Shown: in pieces, positions 38,119 through 49,157 of the stretch | Numbering within the stretch: the stretch's first letter is position 1 | Layout: the number at the start of each line of letters is the position of its first letter | Made by a program: the position numbers and the translations under genes | The notes under the pieces: generated by a model | Database searches by the model: none | The model's input: the letters and a program-made list of their open reading frames with translations, nothing else | Told to the model about the DNA's origin: nothing | Origin: Fidelibacterota bacterium | GTDB lineage: Bacteria > Fidelibacterota > Marinisomatia > Marinisomatales > UBA1611 | Reading direction: 5' to 3' | Assembly: GCA_028338895.1 (NCBI GenBank) | Contig: JAOLAV010000003.1 | Span: 2,598 to 66,597, forward strand | DNA: 64,000 nt

Positions 38119-39083
38119 TACAGAGTAATGGACCACGTTAAACCGAAACCTCTGGATACTGGATTATAGGCTAAGTAGACAGGTAGCGAAGCAAGGTCTT
38201 CATCTGGTCCACTAATATAAGCGTGAAGAATATTAAGAACCCATGTACTTGCGGCAGATATCGAAAAAAGTGTGAGTTGATCATTGGCCGATTGTAAATC
38301 AGAATCTAAATTTATTATTTTGGTTGCATATGTTTCAATATCAGATTGCGTTACTGATGCATTGTAGGATAAAAGTGCTGCATCTTGATCCGACTGCAAA
38401 GAGTTAAACTTAGACTGACTATTCAAAGCGAGTCCCAGGAAAGCAACTTGTGTTCCCATAAAAAAGAACGCTGATTTTTTATTACCACTATAAAACTGTC
38501 CATAACCCGGTATGAGTAAAGATCGAGTCATTGCACCAATCTTTGTTTTTTGTTTTGTTTGTTGGCTTAGATATGCTTCGGCGCCCATACGCTTTTTTAA
38601 CACCAATGCCTGGGGCGGCTTTAATTTCATTAATTCCCAAGCTAATATTTCCATCTCCGTAATAAGACCGTCGACTTTGCCCATATAGGTAACACTTTTT
38701 GTTTCTTCCGTAGCACCTGTTTGGACGGATACCATTTTAAGGTCGATTGTATAAGTACTTCCAATTTTACCTATTGCGCCACTAATCATTTTCTGAACGC
38801 CTAATAATGCACCAACTTCGACTGCGCACTCATCTGTTGTGCAACCTGTTTGCTGAAATCCTTGTTCTTCCAAAATATCAGCCATCATTCCTCGTTCAAC
38901 TAGGCGCATAGTATTTGTGTTGTTTAACTCTGAAGTAAAACGGTCCGTTAAAGTACCTGCTTCTAGAGCATTAATACCTCTAGCTTCAAAATCTAAAACG
39001 GCAACAGTTGTTATTTCAGATTGTCCATATGTAATGGAGAAAAGAAAAAAGTATAAATAAATTAGTATTTTAATCACGTTCAT
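38118..39083 (-). CDS. LpoB/CsgG-like N-terminal domain protein with DUF5683-like C-terminal half
   Basis: Signal peptide. VAVLDFEARG...LTDRFTSEL...LVERGMMADILEEQGFQQTGCTTDECAVEVGALLGVQKMISGAIGKIGSTYTIDLKMVSVQTG pattern. C-terminal LLIPGYGQFYSGNKK segment. Confidence 0.5.
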   Translation of the reverse strand: MNVIKILIYLYFFLFSITYGQSEITTVAVLDFEARGINALEAGTLTDRFTSELNNTNTMRLVERGMMADILEEQGFQQTGCTTDECAVEVGALLGVQKMISGAIGKIGSTYTIDLKMVSVQTGATEETKSVTYMGKVDGLITEMEILAWELMKLKPPQALVLKKRMGAEAYLSQQTKQKTKIGAMTRSLLIPGYGQFYSGNKKSAFFFMGTQVAFLGLALNSQSKFNSLQSDQDAALLSYNASVTQSDIETYATKIINLDSDLQSANDQLTLFSISAASTWVLNILHAYISGPDEDLASLPVYLAYNPVSRGFGLTWSITL

Positions 39084-39305
39084 TTGCTTCTGAATTTATA
39101 GTGATTAAATGGAAAAGATTTAAATAAGGTGACTAAAAACACGTTTATATGAAAAAATAGAAATCATTGTTTTATCACTCACTGAAATAGATAAAATCAT
39201 TAGATGCAAAACGTTGACAAGACTGAAGGATAAAAATCTAAGACACGCTACGTAGCAATCACCAACCCCAGCCTTGGTGTATCCGAAAAAGTAGATTACT
39301 TTTGG

Positions 39306-39324
39306 GTAGCATATCGGTAGCATT
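39306..39324. repeat. Arm-like block GTAGCATATCGGTAGCATT, right end of island
   Basis: Two GTAGCAT at 11-bp phase, 92 bp from the att core. A related GCTACGTAGCAAT lies at 39247-39259. Confidence 0.6.
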
Positions 39325-39378
39325 TAACGCTAAATATGCTGACTTATTTAATAATTAGGTTGGAATACTCTTATATAC

Positions 39379-39408
39379 AAAAAAGCCTCTTCTCTGTCGA
39401 GAAAAAGC
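39379..39408 (-). terminator. Rho-independent terminator after tRNA-Ala (island-supplied)
   Basis: Minus-strand RNA GCUUUUUCUC-GACA-GAGAAGAGGC (two G-U pairs) followed by U6. Confidence 0.5.
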
Positions 39409-39419
39409 TTTTAAAAGTG

Positions 39420-39492
<73 letters not shown>

Positions 39493-39502
39493 ATAAATTA
39501 TT

Positions 39503-40693
39503 CTACTTAGGCCCGTCAGCTTGTCCTGATTCTAATCTTTTTCTTGATGCTAAATTGAGTGGGGCTTTAACTAATTCATCAATAGATATCATTGCAAAGA
39601 AAGAACCTGTTGTTGGATGAATAGCAACGAGATCTAAATATTCATATTCATTTGCAATATCAACTAATTTTAGTTCAGCATTATTTTCATGTGTAAAGCC
39701 AAATTGTCCCTTATAATTTATTTTATGCCATTCATCTTCATCTTGAATATGTTCAAAAACATCTCCTTCGCTAGCAATACCGATGATTGATCCATTCGGA
39801 CGACTTCGAATATGCGCTTTTGATGCTTTGATAGCGATATCATATTGAGGTTTTAATTGTTTTAAACCTTTAATTTTAATTGATTTAAAATTTTCTTTAA
39901 ATGCTCTAGCTTCTTCTCTAGGTACAGATATTTGGTACTGTACATCGTGAAGTACTACTGGAAAAGTCTCTTTCTCGGCATTGTAACGTCCAATATCATT
40001 TGGAGTGAATTCTATAGGAGATGATGACTCAGCCATAAAGCTTTCTATTAGACTTATCTTTTTTAGCTCTTTTTCTTTAGCCACATCTACCCTCTGGGCA
40101 TTTTTTATATCCATTTTAATAGATGTCATTTGAACTATTTCTTTCATTAACTTAACTTGGTTTGTTACTCTATTCTTATATTCATCGGCTGTTTCAAATT
40201 CATCGTGTGGCAAAAACAAAGGAGGTTTTGTCTCCATAGCAAGTTCATATACTGTTTTGACAAGAATAGAATTACTATAACCATTTTTATTCTTTACGAC
40301 ATCCTTTTGACTTTTTAAAATTTTATTTTTTTCATCAAAAGTAAAAGGCTGCTCTGCAGAAACAGGTTTAAAAACACTTTTCTCACTTTTATTATAAATT
40401 ATAGCTTTTTCCTCAATTTTATTTTCTATAATTACTTTTTTTTCTGCTTTATTTTGATTTAAAGAGAAGTAATCATCTTCAAGCTTATCTAAATCAATAC
40501 TATCCCAGTTTTTCAATTTTAAATTATTATTCTTGGAAGATTTAGCTCTATTAGTAGTATCAGAATATCTTTTTTGCTCTTCTTGACCTTTTACTAAAAC
40601 ATTTGAAGGGACTTGAGTTTTGACAGAGCTACAACTCGAAATAAGGAGATTAGCACCTAAGACTATAATGAATTTAATTTTATTAATTTGCAT
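39503..40693 (-). CDS. Lipoprotein with C-terminal SH3-like domain
   Basis: MQINKIKFIIVLGANLLISSCSS lipobox. C-terminal AHIRSRPNGSIIGIASEGDVFEHIQDEDEWHKINYKGQFGF resembles bacterial SH3. Confidence 0.55.
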   Translation of the reverse strand: MQINKIKFIIVLGANLLISSCSSVKTQVPSNVLVKGQEEQKRYSDTTNRAKSSKNNNLKLKNWDSIDLDKLEDDYFSLNQNKAEKKVIIENKIEEKAIIYNKSEKSVFKPVSAEQPFTFDEKNKILKSQKDVVKNKNGYSNSILVKTVYELAMETKPPLFLPHDEFETADEYKNRVTNQVKLMKEIVQMTSIKMDIKNAQRVDVAKEKELKKISLIESFMAESSSPIEFTPNDIGRYNAEKETFPVVLHDVQYQISVPREEARAFKENFKSIKIKGLKQLKPQYDIAIKASKAHIRSRPNGSIIGIASEGDVFEHIQDEDEWHKINYKGQFGFTHENNAELKLVDIANEYEYLDLVAIHPTTGSFFAMISIDELVKAPLNLASRKRLESGQADGPK

Positions 40694-40712
40694 AATATTT
40701 TACCTTAAAATT

Positions 40713-41678
40713 TTATAAATCTTTAACACATCTAAAACCAAAATTAGTATCTCTATAATCTGGCTTTAATTTGTATCTACGAGTTACATTACAAAACACA
40801 TCATTACTAAACCAAGACCCTCCGCGCACAACCTTTTCCGTACCATAGTCAGGACCTTTAGGATTAGATTTATTCGCTATTTGAAAATAATCATCATGAT
40901 ACCAGTCAGCACACCATTCCCAAACATTACCACTCATATCATAAAGTCCTAATTCATTTGGTCTTTTTTTAGCAACCGGCTGTTTACTATCAGTATTTGC
41001 TAGAAACCAGGCCACTTCATCAATTTTGTTAGAGCCCGCATAAGCTTTAAAATTCTTCCTGTAAGATCCACCTCGAGCAGCATATTCCCATTCGGCTTCT
41101 GTTGGCAATCTTTTACCAATCTTTTTTGCGTAGTCCATGGCATCAAACCATGAGACATTTTCAACCGGACATTCCATACATCCGGTATAATCGGAGGCAT
41201 ATTTCCCCATAATATGTCGATATTCTCTTTGAGTTACTTCCGTCTTATCAATTAAATAACTACCAAGCATTACTGTATGTTCTGAATTTTGATTCTTTTT
41301 TGCGTTTGTATTTACCCTAGTATATTGGCCCCCATCAACATAGCTCATCATATCAGGTATGGTGACGATACGAAAACTGATTACTTTTCCTACAATAAAA
41401 TCCTTATCTATTAAGAGCCAATTAATTTCATTTTTCTTACCGGGTAAAACGTTATCACCTAAATCGCCCTCAGCATCTTTAATATAAGAATAAGTCTCAC
41501 CAGCATCAATGGAATATGTCAGAGCAACTTCATCACCTTTAAAAAGATCCCCTGACATATCATACTGAACAGATATACTCAAGCCATCTTGCAGAGCTCT
41601 TACATTTTTATATGTTTGCGCTGATCCAATTGAGACAAGCAACAAAAAAAGTGATATTACTAAGTATTTTTTTTTCAT
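40713..41678 (-). CDS. Formylglycine-generating enzyme (SUMF1/FGE-sulfatase) domain protein
   Basis: VTQREYRHIMG, VENVSWFDAMDYAKKIGKRLPTEAEWEYAARGG, GNVWEWCADWY, RGGSW and FGFRCV motifs. Confidence 0.8.
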   Translation of the reverse strand: MKKKYLVISLFLLLVSIGSAQTYKNVRALQDGLSISVQYDMSGDLFKGDEVALTYSIDAGETYSYIKDAEGDLGDNVLPGKKNEINWLLIDKDFIVGKVISFRIVTIPDMMSYVDGGQYTRVNTNAKKNQNSEHTVMLGSYLIDKTEVTQREYRHIMGKYASDYTGCMECPVENVSWFDAMDYAKKIGKRLPTEAEWEYAARGGSYRKNFKAYAGSNKIDEVAWFLANTDSKQPVAKKRPNELGLYDMSGNVWEWCADWYHDDYFQIANKSNPKGPDYGTEKVVRGGSWFSNDVFCNVTRRYKLKPDYRDTNFGFRCVKDL

Positions 41679-41801
41679 AAGTATTATGTTTTATAATTAA
41701 TTAATTACATCCTTTGATAATTAAATTTAAACTTTAAATGAAGTGAAAATCAAATAAATATAATCCTCCTTAAAAACCTTTATCTTAAAATATAGCTTCT
41801 T

Positions 41802-43955
41802 TTAAAGGTTTTTATTGAAAAAATGGATCATCTTTTTGTATAAGTCTTTACGTGCACCACCACCATAAATCCCATGGTTCCTTCCAGGATACTGGTGCCA
41901 CTGTATATTCTTTTCTGCTTTTAATGCTTTTTGAATAAAATGAATAGTATGCTGAGAATGAACATTATCATCCTCAGAGCCATGCATAATTAAGAGTTCA
42001 CCTTTCATTCTTTTAATCCAAGTTAAAGTACTTGTAGAGTCATAGCCCACCTGATTCTCGGATATAAGCCCCATAGACCTCTCTGTGTAAGCTGTATCAT
42101 ATAACTTAAAATCAGTACATGGAGCAATTGCAACACCAGCTTTAAAATGTTCTCCATTTCTTGTTAGCATTAAACAAGTAAAATAGCCACCACCGCTCCA
42201 CCCCCATGCTCCTATACGTTTCTTATCAGCCGATACTTCTTTAACTAAATATTTAATACCTGCTAAATGATCTTCTGCTAAGTATTTTGACATATCACCA
42301 TAACTGAAGTTTTTAAATTTTTCACCTCTACCGCTCATGCCTCTTGTGTCCATGGAAAAAACAATATATCCTTGCTGAGAAAGATATTGATCCCAAGTTT
42401 TACCCCATTTATTCCATACTATTTGTGTTCCAGGCATTCCATAACCATGAATTATAACGGGATATTTTTTTTCTGGGTCAAAATTGACAGGAAGAATTAA
42501 GACACCATCCAGTGTAATAGTGTTATCTAAACTTGGGAAATGTACAATTTTTGGAATTGACCATTCATAGTCTGTAAATTGTTTTATATCTGTTTCTTTT
42601 AGAATTTTAACCAGTTTACCAGTACTTAATTCTTTTAATTGTATTTTTTTTGGGTTTTGAAGGTTTGAAAAAGAATCAATGAAATAATTTTTACTATTTG
42701 TAATTTGAATATTATGGACACCACCTTCTTTGGTTAAACTCTTTAAATCTGTTCCATCAAATCGAACTGAATAGAATTGAATTTCAAAAACAGATTCTTT
42801 ATTTGAAGTAAAATAAACAATTTGTTTTTTTTCATCTATGTATAAAACTTGAGAGACTTCCCAATTCCCCTGTGTTAAAGCCCAAGTCTTTGATCCTGAA
42901 TGCTTGGACATCCAAATGTGATTAAATCCAGATTGTTCTGAAATCCATAAAATTCTTCCATCTTCAAGAAATTTAATTTGACCATTGTTATCCAGCCAAC
43001 CATTTTTATCTGTTTCGGTTAAAACTTTTTTAGACTTTCCAGTTATTTTGTCAGCAATAAATAATTCCCATTTTTTTTGTTTTCTGTCCATTTTTAAAAA
43101 TCCAATTCTATCATTATTTACCCATTCCATCCAAGGTAAGTAATCATCATTCGTAATTGCCTTGGGTATCCACTTTTTCCCTGCACCTTTAACACGAACT
43201 ATTCCAATTCTTAATTCAGGATTTAATTGACCTACTTTGGGGTATCTAATCTTTCTAATTTGAGGATATAATGTAGAATAATTAATTAGAGGAAACTCTG
43301 GTACTTGCTCCTCATCCTCTTCCCAATAAGCAATTGATTCACTATCAGGTGACCACCTATACCCATCATAGCCTGTGAGCTCTTCTTCATAAAGCCAGCC
43401 AAAATGACCATTCGAGATGGTTTCTGATCCACTTTTCGTTAATTGTTTTTCTCTTTTTCTTTTTAAGTCAAAAACATACAAATTATTATCACTGCGAACA
43501 TATGCAACTAACTTTTCATTGGGAGAAAACTTAACATTCCTCAATTCATTATTATTAGTAGTAACAGGTATTAAGTTTGAAGTTTTTATGTTGTAGACAT
43601 AATATGTACCGCTATTAGAGTGCCTCCATATTTGTTTAAAATCTGTTTTAATTAATATCTTTTCAGCATTTTTTGAAAATTTTAAATCGCTAACATATAA
43701 ATCATCACCATTCCAATTAAATGCTGTACTATCCAAAAATAATGTTGTATCACTATTTATTAGGTTTACTTTGTACCACAATCGCCAATTATCTCCTTTT
43801 CCTCTTATTAATACATCGTCTGAATTGGGAAAGTGAATCTTCCATCCCAGAGATGCTACTTTAAATGGAGAGTTTAAAACTGCTTCTTCCGTAGTAAGCC
43901 ATATTCCAAAAATAGGGGATGTAAAAAAAATGGCAAAAAAAATAAGACGTAACAC
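41802..43955 (-). CDS. Dipeptidyl-peptidase IV-type S9 serine peptidase
   Basis: DPP-IV N-terminal beta-propeller features plus GAWGWSGGGY nucleophile elbow and C-terminal GSEDDNV...H. Confidence 0.85.
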   Translation of the reverse strand: MLRLIFFAIFFTSPIFGIWLTTEEAVLNSPFKVASLGWKIHFPNSDDVLIRGKGDNWRLWYKVNLINSDTTLFLDSTAFNWNGDDLYVSDLKFSKNAEKILIKTDFKQIWRHSNSGTYYVYNIKTSNLIPVTTNNNELRNVKFSPNEKLVAYVRSDNNLYVFDLKRKREKQLTKSGSETISNGHFGWLYEEELTGYDGYRWSPDSESIAYWEEDEEQVPEFPLINYSTLYPQIRKIRYPKVGQLNPELRIGIVRVKGAGKKWIPKAITNDDYLPWMEWVNNDRIGFLKMDRKQKKWELFIADKITGKSKKVLTETDKNGWLDNNGQIKFLEDGRILWISEQSGFNHIWMSKHSGSKTWALTQGNWEVSQVLYIDEKKQIVYFTSNKESVFEIQFYSVRFDGTDLKSLTKEGGVHNIQITNSKNYFIDSFSNLQNPKKIQLKELSTGKLVKILKETDIKQFTDYEWSIPKIVHFPSLDNTITLDGVLILPVNFDPEKKYPVIIHGYGMPGTQIVWNKWGKTWDQYLSQQGYIVFSMDTRGMSGRGEKFKNFSYGDMSKYLAEDHLAGIKYLVKEVSADKKRIGAWGWSGGGYFTCLMLTRNGEHFKAGVAIAPCTDFKLYDTAYTERSMGLISENQVGYDSTSTLTWIKRMKGELLIMHGSEDDNVHSQHTIHFIQKALKAEKNIQWHQYPGRNHGIYGGGARKDLYKKMIHFFNKNL

Positions 43956-44623
43956 TATAGTTCTTTTTTGACTTTTTCTAAAAATTCAACCATCATTTCA
44001 AACGTTAGTTTTCCGGTATTAACATTTCTAGGACTAGGGTGAAAAGAACCAAACAGAATCAATCCATTAGGCAATTTATATTTCACGCTATGTCCAAATT
44101 TAAAATCTTTCATTTTTAATGGATGTGATTTTCGTACAAACTTTAAACATGAATCAAAACCAATTTTACCTAGACCTAAAACAACTTTGAGGTTTCTCAT
44201 CATTTTAAACTCATTCATCAAAAATATTTCACAATTTTCTTTTTCAACAGTAGTTGGTTTATCTCCTGGTGGTACACATTTAACAGCAGCTGTTATGTAA
44301 CCATCAAGGATAAGCCCATCATTTCTATGGTCCGAATTAGCTTGATTGGAGAGTCCTACATGATAAAGACTTTTAAATAAAAAATCAGCAGATTTATCAC
44401 CCGTGAAAACCCTTCCCGTTCTATTTCCTCCATGAGCAGCTGGAGCTAGACCTAGAATCATCAATTTTTCATTTATTTTACCGTAACCAGGTACAGGCTT
44501 CCCCCAGTAGTTCCAATCAGAGTATGCTTTACGCTTTTCTAATGCAATCTTCTCTCTAAAATGAACTAATCTTTCACATTTTTTACATTCTGTAACAGTT
44601 TTTTCTAAATCTGATATATTCAT
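43955..44623 (-). CDS. Uracil-DNA glycosylase, family 4/5 type
   Basis: CKKCERL Fe-S-type N-terminus, GLAPAAHGGNRTGRVFTGD motif, HPSPRN. Confidence 0.8.
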   Translation of the reverse strand: MNISDLEKTVTECKKCERLVHFREKIALEKRKAYSDWNYWGKPVPGYGKINEKLMILGLAPAAHGGNRTGRVFTGDKSADFLFKSLYHVGLSNQANSDHRNDGLILDGYITAAVKCVPPGDKPTTVEKENCEIFLMNEFKMMRNLKVVLGLGKIGFDSCLKFVRKSHPLKMKDFKFGHSVKYKLPNGLILFGSFHPSPRNVNTGKLTFEMMVEFLEKVKKEL

Positions 44624-44789
44624 TTTTTATTATATAAAAAAGTTCATAAATACATTTCCAAAATAATCATAATTAACGATTAAAGTTATATTGTTCTTGT
44701 TCATTGTTTCATTAATTAGCACACTATAAATTTGCTAGCTGTATCGTAGAAGAATAAAAACATTTAAATTAAAAAATAAAGGCTATTTT

Positions 44790-46622
44790 ATGGGATTAAT
44801 GACATCCATGAGGGAAAAAATGCATGTTGTCCTTTGGGGACTTTTGGCAATGTTTATACTAAGTATGACGATTGGTGGTCTTGTTGGAGGAGCAAATATA
44901 CTAGACCAACTAATTGGTAGAGTAGATCCTCAGACTACCATTGCTAAGATAAATGATATCAATATTTCACCGGATAGGTACAATAATTTAGTAAATCAAC
45001 AAATTGATAATGCTAGATCATCTGGACAACCTATAAATGATTTCATCCTTCAAAGAGCAAGGAATACAGCTTGGGACAATTTAATTCAAGATGTACTTGT
45101 AACCCAAGAAGTTGAAAGGCTTGGTCTATCAGCTACAGATCAAGAAGTCATATTTCATTTAGAAAATAACCCGCCTTTATTCTTACAACAAAACCCAAGT
45201 TTCCAGTCTAATAATTCATTTGATATAAATAAATATCGACAGGCACTCGCAAATCCTCAAGGTAATGAATGGGCTCCAATTGAATCATTTATGAAAACAA
45301 CATATATCCCAAATTACAAACTCCAAAAAATAGTTGATCAAAGCATTATTATTACAGATTCGGATATTAAAAATGAATTTATTAAAAGAAACCTTGAATA
45401 TAAAATTAGTGCAGCTCACATTACATCGCCTAAAGTAGCAAAGGAAAAATCAACCCCCACTCAAGAAGAAATAAATAAAAGATATTTAAAGAATAAAGAT
45501 GATTATAGTCACAGCGAATTAAGATCAATTAATTATGTTTCATGGAAAAAGTCTCCTTCAAAAAATGATACTCTTAATACTGAAATTTTAGCTAAAGAAT
45601 TATATAAACGAGCAGAATTAGGTGAAGATTTTTCCACTTTAGCAAATGAATATTCAATGGACCCAAGTAATCAAGGTACAAAAGGCGGTGATCTTGGTTG
45701 GTTTAAAAAAGGTAGGATGGTGAAGCCTTTTGAAGAAGCAGCGTTTTCTTCGGTAAAGAATAAAATTCTACAACCAATTACTTCAAATTTTGGTTTACAT
45801 ATAATATTTGTTAGAGATTTAAGATTAGATAAAAATGGTGAAAAAGAGGTACTTGCGTCTCATATTCTTTTAAAGGTTGAGACAAGTCCAACAACTTTAT
45901 CAAACCTAAAAAGAGATGTTACACTTTTTAGTTATGATGCGCAGGATAAAGACTTCGATCTTGCTGTTTCAGAACATAATTTAAAAATAGAGACTCAAGA
46001 AAGAATAGATAAAGACGATTATTCTTTAGATAACATTGGAGGACTACGACCCGCCGTACGGTTTTCATTCGATAGTAAGTTAAATCAGGTCTCTGATATT
46101 TTAGAAAATGATCAATATTTTGTTATTTGTAAATTAAAAGCAATAATTCCACCAGGAATTAAGCCTCTATTAGAGGTTGAAAAACAAATCACATCACTTT
46201 TACGTCAAGAAAAATTAAAGACTGAAACATTAGCAGAAGCAAATACCTTACTAATTAAAATTTCAAGTTCAGATATGAGGATCAAAGATTTGGTTGCATC
46301 TGATACAGGTATTGATATAATTAAAGAGGATACCAAAACACTATCCCAAGGTTTTACTTCTATTGGTAAAAGTAATCAGGTTGTTGGATCAATTTTAAAT
46401 GCAAAGAGAGGAGAGATTTTAGGACCATTAGAAACTAACCGTGGTCATGCATTAATTGAAGTTGTTAATGTCTCTCAATTTGATTCAATAGAATACCGTG
46501 TTCAAAAAGACTTAATAAAAAATTCTTTATTTACAAAAATGCAAAATCAGTATTTTCAAGCTTGGCTTGATGATTTAAAGAGCGAAGCAAATATTATTGA
46601 TAATAGAAGCTTTTATTTTTAG
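44790..46622 (+). CDS. PpiD/SurA-like periplasmic chaperone with parvulin PPIase domain
   Basis: N-terminal TM anchor. FSTLANEYSMDPSNQGTKGGDLGWFKKGRMVKPFEEAAF...GLHIIFV parvulin motif. Confidence 0.75.
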   Translation: MGLMTSMREKMHVVLWGLLAMFILSMTIGGLVGGANILDQLIGRVDPQTTIAKINDINISPDRYNNLVNQQIDNARSSGQPINDFILQRARNTAWDNLIQDVLVTQEVERLGLSATDQEVIFHLENNPPLFLQQNPSFQSNNSFDINKYRQALANPQGNEWAPIESFMKTTYIPNYKLQKIVDQSIIITDSDIKNEFIKRNLEYKISAAHITSPKVAKEKSTPTQEEINKRYLKNKDDYSHSELRSINYVSWKKSPSKNDTLNTEILAKELYKRAELGEDFSTLANEYSMDPSNQGTKGGDLGWFKKGRMVKPFEEAAFSSVKNKILQPITSNFGLHIIFVRDLRLDKNGEKEVLASHILLKVETSPTTLSNLKRDVTLFSYDAQDKDFDLAVSEHNLKIETQERIDKDDYSLDNIGGLRPAVRFSFDSKLNQVSDILENDQYFVICKLKAIIPPGIKPLLEVEKQITSLLRQEKLKTETLAEANTLLIKISSSDMRIKDLVASDTGIDIIKEDTKTLSQGFTSIGKSNQVVGSILNAKRGEILGPLETNRGHALIEVVNVSQFDSIEYRVQKDLIKNSLFTKMQNQYFQAWLDDLKSEANIIDNRSFYF

Positions 46623-46676
46623 AGTTAATTATAGTTTTATTATTATATGTTCTTAAAGAAAAAAAGATAATCGTCT

Positions 46677-48272
46677 ATGCCTGTTATTGAAACAAAAATT
46701 TCTATAGACTCCGAAGAATACCTTTTAAATTATAAACATCATCAAGAATTATCTGTTGAACTTTCTTATTTATTGCATGAAATCAAAAAGATGGGCTCAA
46801 TTGAAAACATTGAAAAACATAAAAATAGAGGAAAGCTTACAGCTAGAGAAAGGATAAAGTTACTTAAAGACAAAGGCTCAAGATTTTTAGAATTTTCTGC
46901 ATTGGCGGGTTATAAACTATATAAAGACTATGTACCTGCAGCTGGAGTTATTACAGGTTTAATATATGTGCATAGTCGACTTTGTGTCGTGGTTGCAAAT
47001 GATGCAACAGTTAAAGGTGGAACATACTATCCAATTACTGTAAAGAAACACTTAAGAGCACAAGAAATAGCTTCAGAAAATAAATTACCCTGTATATACC
47101 TAGTCGATAGTGGTGGTGCTTTTTTACCAAGGCAAGACGAAGTCTTTCCAGATAGAGATCATTTCGGGCGAATTTTTTTTAATCAAGCTCGAATGAGTGC
47201 AAATGGTATCCCTCAGTTATCAGCTGTTATGGGATCGTGTACTGCTGGAGGTGCTTATGTACCGGCAATGAGTGATGAAACAATTATTGTAAATAAGACA
47301 GGAACAATTTTCTTAGGTGGTCCTCCTCTAGTTAAAGCAGCAATTGGAGAAATTGCAACTTCAGAAGAACTTGGCGGTGCATCTTTACATACAAAAATTA
47401 GTGGAGTAGCTGATCATTTCGCTAAAGATGATCATGAAGCTTTAAATATTTTACGAGGAATAATTAATCATTTACCTTTACAAGTAAATATTAAAAATAA
47501 ATTTACTGAGCCCAAGTATGATATAAAAGAGATACTTGGAATTCTGACAAGGAGCTATAGAAACCCACTTAATGTACATGAAATTATTTCGCGCTTAATA
47601 GATAATTCTAATTTTGAAGAATTTAAAGCAGATTATGGAAAAACCCTTGTAACTGGATTTGCAAAAATTGGTGGCTTCCCTGTTGGGATTATAGCAAACA
47701 ATGGAGTACTTATAAGTCAAACTGCTTTGAAAGGTTCCCATTTTGTAGAGATTTGTTCTCAAAGAAAAATTCCTTTATTATTTTTACAAAATATAACAGG
47801 TTTTATGGTTGGTAAAAATGCCGAAGCTGGTGGAATTGCAAAAGATGGAGCAAAAATGGTTCAAGCAGTAGCGACCGCTAATGTACCAAAACTTACAATA
47901 ATTATAGGTGGTAGTTTTGGTGCTGGAAACTATGCCATGAGTGGAAGAGCATATCAACCTAGATTTTTATGGATGTGGCCAAATGCAAGAATATCAGTAA
48001 TGGGTGGTGAGCAAGCAGCAAATGTAATGGCAACTGTAAAGACAGAACAACTTTCTTTAAAAAACAAAAAAATGACAGAACAAGAAATCCTTGATTTAAA
48101 AAAACCAATCTTAGAAAAATATGAAAAAGAAGGGCATCCTTATTATGCTAGCTCAAGGCTGTGGGATGATGGTGTAATTAGTCCAAATGAAACAAGAGAG
48201 ATATTGATTCAAGCATTAGAAGCTGTTCAGAATACAACGACCGATTATAAACCACCAGTATTTAGAATGTAA
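46677..48272 (+). CDS. Acyl-CoA carboxylase carboxyltransferase beta subunit (methylcrotonyl-CoA carboxylase beta-like)
   Basis: [59 protein letters not shown]. Full two-domain carboxyltransferase. Confidence 0.85.
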   Translation: MPVIETKISIDSEEYLLNYKHHQELSVELSYLLHEIKKMGSIENIEKHKNRGKLTARERIKLLKDKGSRFLEFSALAGYKLYKDYVPAAGVITGLIYVHSRLCVVVANDATVKGGTYYPITVKKHLRAQEIASENKLPCIYLVDSGGAFLPRQDEVFPDRDHFGRIFFNQARMSANGIPQLSAVMGSCTAGGAYVPAMSDETIIVNKTGTIFLGGPPLVKAAIGEIATSEELGGASLHTKISGVADHFAKDDHEALNILRGIINHLPLQVNIKNKFTEPKYDIKEILGILTRSYRNPLNVHEIISRLIDNSNFEEFKADYGKTLVTGFAKIGGFPVGIIANNGVLISQTALKGSHFVEICSQRKIPLLFLQNITGFMVGKNAEAGGIAKDGAKMVQAVATANVPKLTIIIGGSFGAGNYAMSGRAYQPRFLWMWPNARISVMGGEQAANVMATVKTEQLSLKNKKMTEQEILDLKKPILEKYEKEGHPYYASSRLWDDGVISPNETREILIQALEAVQNTTTDYKPPVFRM

Positions 48273-48284
48273 AAAGATGCTTTA

Positions 48285-49157
48285 GTGAAAAAAAATCACA
48301 AGGATTTATATTTTTTATTAATTCTTGCAATGATGACGTGGGGCTTGTCATGGACAAATGCAAAAGTATTAGGTAGTTATAGTGATGCTAGAGTTATTAT
48401 GGTCTGGCGTTTTACTATAACTAGCATTTTCTTTATTCCTATTGTTTACTTCACAAAAAACCCATTTAAAGTCACTTTTAAAGGCTTTTTATTTACTTTA
48501 GTAAATGCCTTTTTCATTACTCTCTATAATTATTTTTTTTTAAAAGGAACTCATATTGGCCTCGCTGGAAAAGGAGGCGTTCTTGTCACGACATTAAATC
48601 CAATTTTCACCTCAATACTAGCTGTATTTATTTTAAACAATAACTTTAAATTAAAAGATATTCTAGGTCTTACATTAGGATTAATAGGTGGAGCGATAAT
48701 AATTGAATTTTGGAATATTGATTTATATGAACTCAAAAGAAGTGGAAGTATTTATTTTATTCTTGCAGCGTTCTCTTACGCCTGTGTCACTATTTTAAGT
48801 AGTCAATCAAAACCAAATATACCTTTTATTAGCTATAGCTTTTGGTCTTTTCTATTTTCTGCAATTATAAGTCTAATCATAACTAGGGGGATGGATTTAA
48901 AACAAGTTTTTTTTTATGATTATATATTTTGGTTAAATATGATATTTTTATCTATTGGTGCATTAGGATTTGGAACAACTATTTATTTTTTAGCATCAAT
49001 AAAATTAGGGGCAAAAAAAGCAAGTTCTTTTATCTTTACTGTTCCTATTACTGCTATAACTTTTGCGATGATTTTTCTTGATGAGACATTGACTTTAAAC
49101 ATTATAGTTGGAGGTTTTTTAGGGTCTATATCAGTGTATATAATAAATAAAGATTAA
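48285..49157 (+). CDS. EamA/DMT family transporter
   Basis: 290 aa, 10 TM segments, GTG start. Confidence 0.7.
   Translation: MKKNHKDLYFLLILAMMTWGLSWTNAKVLGSYSDARVIMVWRFTITSIFFIPIVYFTKNPFKVTFKGFLFTLVNAFFITLYNYFFLKGTHIGLAGKGGVLVTTLNPIFTSILAVFILNNNFKLKDILGLTLGLIGGAIIIEFWNIDLYELKRSGSIYFILAAFSYACVTILSSQSKPNIPFISYSFWSFLFSAIISLIITRGMDLKQVFFYDYIFWLNMIFLSIGALGFGTTIYFLASIKLGAKKASSFIFTVPITAITFAMIFLDETLTLNIIVGGFLGSISVYIINKD

Noticed and set aside
39120-39323. 67-aa minus-strand ORF next to tRNA-Ala
   Set aside because: Its start lies inside the GTAGCAT arm-like repeats in the island promoter/att region. The composition is odd and no family is recognisable. Treated as non-coding.
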